Below are positions 16,867-25,445 of a DNA stretch of 27,321 nucleotides, piece by piece. Each line of letters starts with the position of its first letter. Position 1 is the stretch's first letter. Source of the DNA: a virus. Taxonomy: Duplodnaviria; Caudoviricetes. The notes below the pieces were generated by a model. It did not search any database. It was not told the DNA's origin and was given only the letters and a program-made list of their open reading frames with translations. A program made the translations under genes and the position numbers. The DNA lies in the IMG/VR virus record IMGVR_UViG_3300037851_000079, positions 1 through 27,321 of that record; one strand, given 5' to 3'.

Positions 16867-16991
16867 GGACCACTCCCCTACCCTACTCTAGCACTCCCCC
16901 GGCTCCCCTATTTCGAGGCTAAGAGGGGGGACACGAGGCGGAGTAGGGGAGAGTAGGGGAGAGGCCCACTATTTACCGCATTATTAACGAA

Positions 16992-17204
16992 ATGCCGAAT
17001 ATTAAATCAGAACATAACCAAGTTACAGGGAGGCTAAAACGCCCCGGGCGTAAAGGTGATAATAATGTTGTGTATTGCCAATGTTGCGGGTCCGGAGAGG
17101 GTGAGCGATTTAATGTTTGTGGAGGTTGTCTAAAGCTAGTTAAAACCGAATATGCCAAACATAAGCCGGAGGAGGAATTTAGCCCTGAGGCTTTAATTAG
17201 TTAA
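16992..17204 (+). CDS. Small zinc-finger protein
   Basis: YCQCCG...VCGGC. Confidence 0.6.
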   Translation: MPNIKSEHNQVTGRLKRPGRKGDNNVVYCQCCGSGEGERFNVCGGCLKLVKTEYAKHKPEEEFSPEALIS

Positions 17205-17208
17205 ATAT

Positions 17209-17538
17209 ATGCCGCAAGTAGTAAGAATAACCGGGACTCTCGCAGATGCGATATCCCTAGACGAATTAACGGAGAGAAATTTCCGCCATGATAGCGAGGA
17301 TGGCTCCGGAGGGTTCGAGGTTTCCGATAACGGATATGCCGAGCGACAAGCGATGGGGGCGGTACTTGCCGCCGATATGCTTCAATGTTTAACCAATCGC
17401 CAACGGGAGGTCGTAAGTTTATTATCCGAGGGGTTATCCCGGAAAGAAGCGGCCGAAGCCCGGGGAGTGAGTTTGCGAGCGGTCCACCAAATTATTTACC
17501 GGATTAGAGATCGGATGCAAGATAGGGGGGTAGTTTAA
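17209..17538 (+). CDS. Sigma70 region 4 / LuxR-type HTH regulator, candidate late activator
   Basis: LTNRQREVVSLLSEGLSRKEAAEARGVSLRAVHQIIYRIRDRM; lies near the end of the early region, before the packaging genes. Confidence 0.8.
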   Translation: MPQVVRITGTLADAISLDELTERNFRHDSEDGSGGFEVSDNGYAERQAMGAVLAADMLQCLTNRQREVVSLLSEGLSRKEAAEARGVSLRAVHQIIYRIRDRMQDRGVV

Positions 17539-17720
17539 TGGTTAACGAAAAAACAACGTGGTATTGCTCAAAGCATAATACATTTGGCGACCCCGGGTGG
17601 TCGTGTGCAATTTGTGGATATCCCATTGGTGCTCCTATTTTTAAAAGGATCGGCGATCAAGTGTTAACTCTAAATAAAATTATCGACCTCTTTATTTTAA
17701 AGATTTTTATATATGGCTAA
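17538..17720 (+). CDS. Small zinc-finger protein
   Basis: WYCSKH...CAICG; TAATG overlap. Confidence 0.65.
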   Translation: MVNEKTTWYCSKHNTFGDPGWSCAICGYPIGAPIFKRIGDQVLTLNKIIDLFILKIFIYG

Positions 17721-18285
17721 TTTTACTAGCGACTGGACCACCCATAATCTCGCCAATTGGGAGAGGTGGTTGGGACACCTCAAAGGCCAACCGGCCAAGG
17801 GACTCGAGGTTGGGTGTTATGAGGGTCGATCATCGGTTTGGTTTCTAGACAATATTCTCACACATCCCGACTCCGAGTTAGTGGTTATCGACACCTTTAA
17901 AGGCTCTCCGGAGTTTGCCGGTATGGATGTAATGCAGAGAGACATATTTAAACGTTTTTCCAAGAATATCGACCCCTATGGAGCCAAGGTGCGGACGTTT
18001 GTAGGAGAGTCCGGAGTGGTATTGAGGCACGACTCCGAATTTAATCGCAACCCGGGCGACTATGATTTTGCCTATATCGACGGATCGCATGAGGCCCCGG
18101 ACGTGTTGGCCGATGCCGTATTAGTATTCGATTTAGTTAAACCCGGAGGAATAATTATTTTTGACGATTATAAATGGGATATGGGGGACGGCGTTAAAAA
18201 GGCGGTGATGGGGTTTATGGTTTGTTATGGAGACAAAATAAAAACGGTCGAGACTAATTATCAGCTAATGATTGTTAAAAAATGA
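17713..18285 (+). CDS. Class I SAM-dependent methyltransferase (Methyltransf_24-like, small-molecule/sugar type)
   Basis: LEVGCYEGRS, VIDTF, YDFAYIDGSH, VKPGGIIIFDDY; lacks the PC/DPPY motifs of DNA methyltransferases. Confidence 0.9.
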   Translation: MANFTSDWTTHNLANWERWLGHLKGQPAKGLEVGCYEGRSSVWFLDNILTHPDSELVVIDTFKGSPEFAGMDVMQRDIFKRFSKNIDPYGAKVRTFVGESGVVLRHDSEFNRNPGDYDFAYIDGSHEAPDVLADAVLVFDLVKPGGIIIFDDYKWDMGDGVKKAVMGFMVCYGDKIKTVETNYQLMIVKK

Positions 18286-18983
18286 AACTCGCAATTAACA
18301 TACAGCACGTCCCCGGACGGGAGAGATGGGCGGAAACCATGCGTTATATGCTCGCCGATCGCCGGGTAACGATCCAAACCGACGATAAACGAGATTTATG
18401 GGAGGGGTGCAAAAAGGTACTCACCAATCGCCCCAAAGGCACTACGCACGTTTTAGTCCTACAGGACGATATATTGCCATGTCGGGATTTTATTTCCACC
18501 GTCGAGCGGATTATAAATTTACTTCCCGGAGAGGTAATTACCTACTTTAGCACTCGGCAAACTATCGGTCACCCTCTCAATTTAGGGCTTCACTATCTTA
18601 AACTCAAAACGTGGCGGATGGCTCAAGCCTACTCGGCTCCGGTGGAGGTAATCGACGACTTTATTGCATGGGCGGATAGACATATAAAACCGGAGATATA
18701 TTTCGACGACGATCGGTGGGCGATGTATTGTTTTTATAACAATCGGTGGGTATGGGCTACGGCTCCGAGTTTAGTTGAGCACCTAGGGTGGAACCAAACG
18801 ACCCTCGGTGGGGGTTATAAACCACAATTTCGACTCGATCTCCGGAAAAAAGCATCGCAACGCATGGCCGAGGCGTTTGTTGGATACGAGAACTCGCCAA
18901 AGGATATCGAGTGGGAGAATTTAAAAGCTATCGAAGATAACGAGGGAACCTATGCCGAATTTATCCACAATTACATCAAATAA
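18282..18983 (+). CDS. Putative GT-A fold glycosyltransferase
   Basis: HVLVLQDDILP (DxD-like), YFDDDR, APSLVEHLG; ATGA-coupled to the methyltransferase. Confidence 0.7.
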   Translation: MKLAINIQHVPGRERWAETMRYMLADRRVTIQTDDKRDLWEGCKKVLTNRPKGTTHVLVLQDDILPCRDFISTVERIINLLPGEVITYFSTRQTIGHPLNLGLHYLKLKTWRMAQAYSAPVEVIDDFIAWADRHIKPEIYFDDDRWAMYCFYNNRWVWATAPSLVEHLGWNQTTLGGGYKPQFRLDLRKKASQRMAEAFVGYENSPKDIEWENLKAIEDNEGTYAEFIHNYIK

Positions 18984-18984
18984 C

Positions 18985-19158
18985 ATGGAGGTAATTAAAA
19001 ACCTCCTATGGTTTTACCACCGCCTAAAACCCGAGGTTAATGCCCGGGGAGTTTACCGGACATGGTACGCCGATAATATCTTTAAGGAATATAAACGCCC
19101 GGGAGCCAATATTATCGAGGCATGGTTTAGAGAATTTACGGAGGTGCGATATGGCTAA
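18985..19158 (+). CDS. Small hypothetical protein
   Basis: ATG 1 nt after the GT stop; fills the gap to terS. Confidence 0.6.
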   Translation: MEVIKNLLWFYHRLKPEVNARGVYRTWYADNIFKEYKRPGANIIEAWFREFTEVRYG

Positions 19159-19741
19159 AAAAAAAGTGATGCCCCCGCCAAATTCGGCCAAACCCGGAGA
19201 AAATATAAAATCGGGAGCACTCTCGACAGAGGTCGATCCCTACGAGAGCCTAACCGACGAGAGGTATAAACAAGCGATCGAACTCCGGCTCCGGAATGTA
19301 AGTTATAAAGATATCTCGGCCACTCTAAAAACTCCCTATAAGACGGTAACGTGGTGGTTTGAAGTCGACGGGCCGTGCCGCAAGGCGTGGGACTATTTAA
19401 TTAAAATTCGCTCCGAAGATCGCATAAAGCGACGAGCCGAGATGGACGACCAAATAAACGAATTATCCGCCGATGCTTTAATTGTGCTCTCCCGGATTGT
19501 CCGGGGTGAGGAGAAAGCCGGAGCGGTGGCTAAAGTAACGGCGGCGGCTAAAATTCTCGACCTCGCCGGGTATGCTCCCCCGATTAAAGTAGAACAAACC
19601 GAGAGCGAAGAATTAAAGTTATTTAAGGAGTTAATTAGTCAAAATGAACGGATACTTAAATCAAAACAAGGGTCCGGAGCGGATATTCAAGGTCGACGGG
19701 GAGCCGACCGTTTGGACACCAAGGCAAAGGGAAATCGGTAA
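19151..19741 (+). CDS. terS: Terminase small subunit (HTH)
   Basis: SD GGAGGTG before ATG 19151; HTH (SYKDISATLKTPYKTVTWW), AAAKILDLAG motif; directly before the large terminase. Confidence 0.7.
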   Translation: MAKKKVMPPPNSAKPGENIKSGALSTEVDPYESLTDERYKQAIELRLRNVSYKDISATLKTPYKTVTWWFEVDGPCRKAWDYLIKIRSEDRIKRRAEMDDQINELSADALIVLSRIVRGEEKAGAVAKVTAAAKILDLAGYAPPIKVEQTESEELKLFKELISQNERILKSKQGSGADIQGRRGADRLDTKAKGNR

Positions 19742-21026
19742 CGAGATCGTTTACCAACTCCATAACCGGGTCCAAGTTATCGCTCCGACTCAATACGGAA
19801 AGTCGCTAACCGTTTCGGAGGCGATTTTATTGCGGGTAAACGCTAAGGACGAGCGGTTTACCATCCTCGCCCCCTCGGAGAAAAAAGCCTCGATTATCAT
19901 GGGGTATTGCATCGATCATATTTTTGACTCCCCTATGATGCTCTCCCGGTTGGAACTCGACCGGGGAGAGAAACTAGACCGACTCCGCCGGGAGAGAAGT
20001 AAAGACCACCTCACCCTCCAAGGTGGAGGCGGTATCCAAATATTAACCCTCGATGTTCGAAATGCTAAACGATCGATCGAGGCGGCGATGGGGTTTGGGT
20101 CCAAACGATTAGTCCTCGACGAGTCCTCTCTTGTCGACGATCAACCCTACGCCACGGTTAAACGTATGCTAGGGGGATATAAATATAAAGATGCTCAATT
20201 ATTCGAGATCGGGAACCCGTTTTATCGGAACCATTTTTATCGGACGTGGCACTCTAACCGCTACCACAAAATATTTATTGATTATAAAGATGGTCTCCGG
20301 GAGGGACGATACTCCGAGGAATTTATCGAGGAAATGCGGGAGGAGGCGTTTTTCGATATTTTCTATGAGTGCCTATTCCCCCCGGCCGATACTATCGACG
20401 AGCGGGGATACCGGGTGCTCGTGACTCCGGAGGAGATCGAGGAGGCTTATATCGACCGGATCGAGTTAACCGAGTCCGAGGAGGAGGGATTACGCCTCGG
20501 TGTGGATATTGGCGGCGGCGGCGACTTTAACATTTATACCCTCCGTGACACCGACTCAGCGTGGGTAGAGAGCAAAAACCGGAGTAATGACACCATGACC
20601 AATGTAACCGAAATCCAACGCATTAAAAAGGAATATCCCAAACTCAAAGATAATAATATTTTAGTAGACGATACCGGGATCGGCCGGGGAGTATGCGATC
20701 GGTTAAAGGAGTTGGGGATAATGGTAACGGCGGTAACTTTAGGCGAGTCACCCAAAACCCCGGCGGCTAAACTCAAATATAAAAACATAAAGGCTGAGGC
20801 ATATTGGAAGTGCGGAGCGTGGATAAAGGCCAAGGGTAAACTCCTCAAAAACGACGGGTGGATGCAATTACCGTGGATTAAATATAAGATCGCCTCGGAT
20901 AAATTACTTATGATCGAGCCAAAGATCGAGCAAAAAAAACGGACAGGTAAATCCCCGGATTATGCCGACTCGTTAATGCTCACGTTTGCCGACTCCGCTC
21001 CGGAGCCGGGGGTGCGATGGGTTTAA
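19644..21026 (+). CDS. terL: Terminase large subunit
   Basis: TPRQ adenine motif, Walker A PTQYGKS, Walker B LVLDES, IGNP, RNase H nuclease GVDIG...DDTGIG...SPDYADSL. Confidence 0.95.
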   Translation: MNGYLNQNKGPERIFKVDGEPTVWTPRQREIGNEIVYQLHNRVQVIAPTQYGKSLTVSEAILLRVNAKDERFTILAPSEKKASIIMGYCIDHIFDSPMMLSRLELDRGEKLDRLRRERSKDHLTLQGGGGIQILTLDVRNAKRSIEAAMGFGSKRLVLDESSLVDDQPYATVKRMLGGYKYKDAQLFEIGNPFYRNHFYRTWHSNRYHKIFIDYKDGLREGRYSEEFIEEMREEAFFDIFYECLFPPADTIDERGYRVLVTPEEIEEAYIDRIELTESEEEGLRLGVDIGGGGDFNIYTLRDTDSAWVESKNRSNDTMTNVTEIQRIKKEYPKLKDNNILVDDTGIGRGVCDRLKELGIMVTAVTLGESPKTPAAKLKYKNIKAEAYWKCGAWIKAKGKLLKNDGWMQLPWIKYKIASDKLLMIEPKIEQKKRTGKSPDYADSLMLTFADSAPEPGVRWV

Positions 21027-21028
21027 AT

Positions 21029-21069
21029 TGTATAACAAACCGGGGGAGGACGGTTAAAATTAAATTAGT
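21029..21069 (+). promoter_or_regulatory. Putative late promoter, copy 3
   Basis: TGTATAAC (21029-21036), 18 nt, TAAAAT (21055-21060), TAAATTAGT, ATG 21070. Confidence 0.8.
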
Positions 21070-23151
21070 ATGGGAATAATCGACGGCTTTATTAAACGTT
21101 TCGGCATCGCCAAATCCGCTCCGGTGGGTCTTTTTGGCTTTATGCTCAACCGGGAAGCCCCCGGGATTAAGGACTACGAATATAAAAAGGCATATACATC
21201 GTGGGTTTATGCCTGTACCTCGGTTATCGCCGAGCAAGTAGCCAACGCCGACATAAAGCTCATGCGGAAACTAAAGGACGGAACCGTGGAGGAGGTTAAA
21301 AGCCACCCGGCCATCCAAACCCTTTACGACGTTAATCCGGTAATGACCTCGAGCGATTTATTGGTGGAGACTCAATCTCAACTCGAATTATTGGGCGATG
21401 CTTTTTGGGTATTAAATTGGAATGTTGCCGGAACCCAACCCCGGGAGATATTTCCAGTCGATCCAACCAGAGTCACCGTGGTTAAAGACCCTAACAGAAT
21501 GATCGGAGGATATCTTTATACCGATCCGTCCGGAAAACAAATCCCGTTTGACACTAAGCATATTATCCACTTTAAACGTTATAACCCCAGTAACCCCTAT
21601 CGGGGACTCGGGACAGTAGCGGCCGCCGCCAATGCCATTGATATCGATACATTTGCCGCCTCATGGAGCAAAAATACGTTTTACAATTCCGCCATGCCAT
21701 CCGGGGCTTTAGAGTTTACCGGGACATTAACCGAGGAGCAATTTAGCAGGATTAAAAAACAATGGGAGAGTCGTTATCAAGGGGTAGACAATGCGGGCAA
21801 ACTCGCCATATTGGAGGGCGGAGCTAAATTTAGTAAAGTCTCCCTCACCCCGCAGGAGGTGGACTTTTTAGAGACGAGAAAATATACCCGGGACGAGATA
21901 TTAGCCATGTTTAGGGTACCTAAGTCGGTTCTCGGAATAGTCGAGGACGTTAACCGTGCCAACGCCGAAGCCACCGAGGTTATCTTTGGACGGTGGGTAA
22001 TTAAACCTCGTATCCAATTTATAATCGATCGGCTTAACGAATTTTACCTCCCTCTCTTTGGTTTGAAGTGGCCGGAGTATTATTTCGATTATGAAAATCC
22101 CATTCCGGAGGACCGGGCATCGGAGCGGGAAGATTATAAAGCCGCTCTCGGTGGTGCCCCGTGGCAAACTATAAACGAAATCCGGGAGGAGGAGGGTTTG
22201 GACAAGATACCCGGAGGGGATGTCCTATACCTCCCACTAAATTTAATGCCAGTTACGAGCACTACGGAGGACGGAGATCAAGGCAACAGTAATAATAATC
22301 CCTCTCCCGTTCCTACAGATGGTGGAGACAAAAGTAATAACGGAAGTGATAAAACCAAAGACGGCAAAAAAACTTTCGAAATGTTAAAGGCTATCTCCGG
22401 GGAAGTAACCAAAGACAAACGCCGAGCGGCCTTTATTGATCGCCGGGTAAAATTTGTCCGGAGTGAGATTACCCGGGTTAAACCCCTCTATATCGAAAAA
22501 CTACTCGCCCAAAAATCTCAGATAGTGCGGAGACTAATCGGGAGTAAAAAGTCTATTGTTAAATCCGACCGCACCGATTTACTCGATATCGTTTTTGACG
22601 GCTACGACAAACAATGGACCGACGAATATCAGAAACTAACTACCGAGGTATTAACCAACTCGCTCGCATATTCCGGTAAATCAGTATTAGAGAGATTAGG
22701 GGTAAATATCTCGTTCGATCTTAAAAATCCTCGGGTAATAGATTGGCTATCCAAACACGCTCTCGACCACGCTAAATCGATTGCCGAAACCAATAAACAA
22801 GAGGTGAGGGATTTAATTGTTACCGGAGTCGATCAAGGTAAAACCACCGGCCAAATTGCCGAAAGTATCCGGAGTTTTTTTGATCAACAAGCCGACTACC
22901 GGGCCGAACGTATGGCAAGAACCGAGGTTATCTCCGGATACGCCGAGGGGACTTTAGCCGGGATGAGGCAGTCCGGACTTGTTAAGATGAAACGGTGGGT
23001 AACAGCCGGAGATGACCGGGTAGACGAGGAATGTATAGCTAATGCGGCAGACGGACCAATCGGATTAGATGCTAATTTTAGCTCCGGGCATAGTTGCCCC
23101 CCGGTGCATCCAAATTGCCGATGCGACCTATACGAGGTAATGGGGGAATAG
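21070..23151 (+). CDS. HK97-family portal protein fused to a MuF/SPP1 gp7-like minor head domain
   Basis: Portal motifs WVYAC, LLGDAF, IIHFK, FYNSAMPSG, ILEGG, FRVP, TINEIR; low-complexity linker; MuF motifs RAERMARTEV, KRWVTAGDDRV..EC, PPVHPNCRC. Confidence 0.93.
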   Translation: MGIIDGFIKRFGIAKSAPVGLFGFMLNREAPGIKDYEYKKAYTSWVYACTSVIAEQVANADIKLMRKLKDGTVEEVKSHPAIQTLYDVNPVMTSSDLLVETQSQLELLGDAFWVLNWNVAGTQPREIFPVDPTRVTVVKDPNRMIGGYLYTDPSGKQIPFDTKHIIHFKRYNPSNPYRGLGTVAAAANAIDIDTFAASWSKNTFYNSAMPSGALEFTGTLTEEQFSRIKKQWESRYQGVDNAGKLAILEGGAKFSKVSLTPQEVDFLETRKYTRDEILAMFRVPKSVLGIVEDVNRANAEATEVIFGRWVIKPRIQFIIDRLNEFYLPLFGLKWPEYYFDYENPIPEDRASEREDYKAALGGAPWQTINEIREEEGLDKIPGGDVLYLPLNLMPVTSTTEDGDQGNSNNNPSPVPTDGGDKSNNGSDKTKDGKKTFEMLKAISGEVTKDKRRAAFIDRRVKFVRSEITRVKPLYIEKLLAQKSQIVRRLIGSKKSIVKSDRTDLLDIVFDGYDKQWTDEYQKLTTEVLTNSLAYSGKSVLERLGVNISFDLKNPRVIDWLSKHALDHAKSIAETNKQEVRDLIVTGVDQGKTTGQIAESIRSFFDQQADYRAERMARTEVISGYAEGTLAGMRQSGLVKMKRWVTAGDDRVDEECIANAADGPIGLDANFSSGHSCPPVHPNCRCDLYEVMGE

Positions 23152-23157
23152 CTAAAA

Positions 23158-23198
23158 TGTATAACACCCGACCGATTAGCATTTATAATTTAATTAGG
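23158..23198 (+). promoter_or_regulatory. Putative late promoter, copy 4
   Basis: TGTATAAC (23158-23165), 18 nt, TATAAT (23184-23189), TTAATTAGG; ATG at 23213. Confidence 0.8.
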
Positions 23199-23212
23199 AT
23201 TGGTTAATCACT

Positions 23213-24148
23213 ATGGCAAAACTAATACGCAAAACATACCAAGCGGCAGAAACTAAAGCCCTCGACGATAGTCGGTCGCTAATAGTTACCATTTCGACGG
23301 TCTCTCCGGATCGTTCCGGCGATGTCGTTATCCCCGGTGGCGTTAAACTCGAAAATTATCTTAAAAATCCCGTGGTGGCGTTTGCTCACCGTTATAACGA
23401 TCTCGCTCTCGCTAAAGCCGGAGATATCCGAATTAACTCCGACTCTATCCAAGCTAAAGTAACATTTCCCAACGCCGGTATATCCCCACTCTCCGATCAA
23501 GTCTACGAGCTTTATAAAGGTGGATTTATGAACGCATGGAGTATTGGATTTATCCCCTTTAAATATGCCGATATCCAAAATGGCGGTCGCCAGTTTACCG
23601 AATGGGAGTTATTGGAGTTTTCCGCCGTCCTCGTTCCGGACAATCCCGAAGCATTAACCATTATGAGGTCCAAAGGTATCGATACCGCTCCACTTGAGGC
23701 GGCCAACGCCGAAGCTACCAAAGAGGAGGACGTAACCCCCGGAGACACCACTCCACCTACTCCTCCTACAGCTACACCCGAGGGGGAAGTAGTACCAGCC
23801 GAGCCGGTAAAATCGATCTCCTACGAGTCCGGAGTTATTAAATTAACTCTTGTAAATGATACGGTAGTTGAGTTGAAAACCGCTCCGGAATTTAAAGATG
23901 GCCGGGTACTCTCAACCAAAAATAGGGAATTGATTAAAACTTGTATCGATAATCTCGATGCGACTAAAAAGAGTCTACAGGATTTATATGATGCGACCGA
24001 AGCCTCCGGAGACGGTAAATCAGCCGATCCGGATACTCTCGCATTTTTAAAGGGAGTACAATCCCATCTCCGTCGCCAAGATCAAACAACGGGGTTAATA
24101 TTACGGACCATTCGAGGTTATTTAAAAGTAACTCCGAGTGAGACTTAA
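23213..24148 (+). CDS. HK97-family prohead protease with C-terminal extension
   Basis: DRSGDVV, NPVVAFAH, AWSIGF, LLEFSAVLVPDNPEA; Pro/Thr linker; GRVLSTKN tail. Confidence 0.93.
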   Translation: MAKLIRKTYQAAETKALDDSRSLIVTISTVSPDRSGDVVIPGGVKLENYLKNPVVAFAHRYNDLALAKAGDIRINSDSIQAKVTFPNAGISPLSDQVYELYKGGFMNAWSIGFIPFKYADIQNGGRQFTEWELLEFSAVLVPDNPEALTIMRSKGIDTAPLEAANAEATKEEDVTPGDTTPPTPPTATPEGEVVPAEPVKSISYESGVIKLTLVNDTVVELKTAPEFKDGRVLSTKNRELIKTCIDNLDATKKSLQDLYDATEASGDGKSADPDTLAFLKGVQSHLRRQDQTTGLILRTIRGYLKVTPSET

Positions 24149-24197
24149 ACGAAAGGAGGATCGCCAAATATAAAGAATAGGCGAACTAGAAAAAAAT

Positions 24198-25337
24198 ATG
24201 AACGACGAAGTAAAACAAATCGTTACAGAACTTAAAAAAGACGTAATTGAGACTATTGCTCCAGAAATTACCGAGAAAACAATCAAGGCGATTGAGGAAA
24301 AAATGGCTCTCCGTTCACCTCTCTTTGGTGCAGATGCCGATAAAAAGGCCGAAGCAGAAGCCAAGGAAGCGGGAGCGGAATATTTAAGGAAGCTCGCCCG
24401 TGGCGAGGACACTAAAGGTTTATCCGCCGGTACTTCTACCGAGGGAGCCGAACTAGTGCCAACCTACGTCTCCGATAGGATCATTACCCAAATGGAAAAG
24501 GTCGGTTTAGTGCAAAAATACGCCGCAAGATGGCCGATGGAAGGCAGTAATGTCGATGTCCCCACCATGTCCAGCGTAACCGCTTACCGTGTCGCCGAGG
24601 GTACAAAGATAACATCAAGTAAACCCACGACCGGAGCCGTCCAGTTGAGAGGTAAAACAGTTGGAGTGCTAATCCCAGTTACGGAAAAATTGCTCCGAAA
24701 TGCCACACCGGCAACGGTTGAGGCTATTACTAAACTCGGTGGACAAGCGATCGCTAAATTGGTCGATCAATGGGGTATTCTCGGTTTAGGTTCCGGCGAG
24801 GGTGTGTTCCAACACGCCTCCGTTTCCGGAGTCACGATGGGTAGTGGATTGACAGAATATGCCGATGCCACAGCCGAGGACCTATTGGATGTAATGGATA
24901 TTATGGACGAGTCCTATGTAGACGAGAAAACTCGATGGGTGATGAGCTTGTCGATGCTAAACATCTTGCGTAGGTTGAGAGCCAGCGTCGGAACAGATAA
25001 GCAAAACTTCCTGTTCCAAGGTTTCGGAGGTTCCACCCCCGCTACCATTTGGGATATTCCCTACTCTCTCTCCTCTATAATGCCTAAGAAGTCAGATGCC
25101 AGCCAAGAGGGCGACAAATTTATCGCATTGGCTAATTTCGATAATATGCTTTATGGTGAACCCAAGGGCTATTCGATGGCTATGTCCGATCAGGCAACCA
25201 TTACCGATACTAACGGTTCCACTTTGATTAACCTGTTTGAACAAAACATGGTCGCTATCAAGGTTTGGGGTGAGGTCGATTTACAGTTAGCAAATGCCGC
25301 TAAAGCGTTTGCATGGCTCAAGACCGCCGCTAGCTAA
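24198..25337 (+). CDS. Major capsid protein (HK97 fold, N-terminal delta domain)
   Basis: Coiled-coil N-terminus, EGAELVP, VAEG, VTEKLL, NLFEQNMVAIK...AFA. Confidence 0.95.
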   Translation: MNDEVKQIVTELKKDVIETIAPEITEKTIKAIEEKMALRSPLFGADADKKAEAEAKEAGAEYLRKLARGEDTKGLSAGTSTEGAELVPTYVSDRIITQMEKVGLVQKYAARWPMEGSNVDVPTMSSVTAYRVAEGTKITSSKPTTGAVQLRGKTVGVLIPVTEKLLRNATPATVEAITKLGGQAIAKLVDQWGILGLGSGEGVFQHASVSGVTMGSGLTEYADATAEDLLDVMDIMDESYVDEKTRWVMSLSMLNILRRLRASVGTDKQNFLFQGFGGSTPATIWDIPYSLSSIMPKKSDASQEGDKFIALANFDNMLYGEPKGYSMAMSDQATITDTNGSTLINLFEQNMVAIKVWGEVDLQLANAAKAFAWLKTAAS

Positions 25338-25340
25338 AGG

Positions 25341-25396
25341 TAGGTTTTTAGTGCTCCCTAGGGTTTGCTAGGCTTTAGGGGGCACGATAAAATCTA
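25341..25396 (+). terminator. Long G-U-rich hairpin after the capsid gene (terminator, stabiliser or processing site)
   Basis: TAGGTTTT..GTGCTCCCTAGGGTT, loop TGCTA, GGCTTTAGGGGGCAC..AAAATCTA. Confidence 0.6.
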
Positions 25397-25445
25397 ACTT
25401 AATTAAATTAAAAGTTAAATTTCCGAGAGGAGGTGTAACTAATAA

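Noticed and set aside
17713-18285. DNA methyltransferase explaining the CCGG skew
   Set aside because: Lacks C5 (PC, ENV) and amino-methyltransferase (DPPY/NPPY) motifs; matches the small-molecule/sugar type
4900-20424. Alternate-frame + strand ORFs (4900, 6107, 7083, 10989, 11140, 12543, 20191)
   Set aside because: Fully nested in stronger genes, Pro/Ser/Arg-rich off-frame composition, no slippery site or RBS noticed
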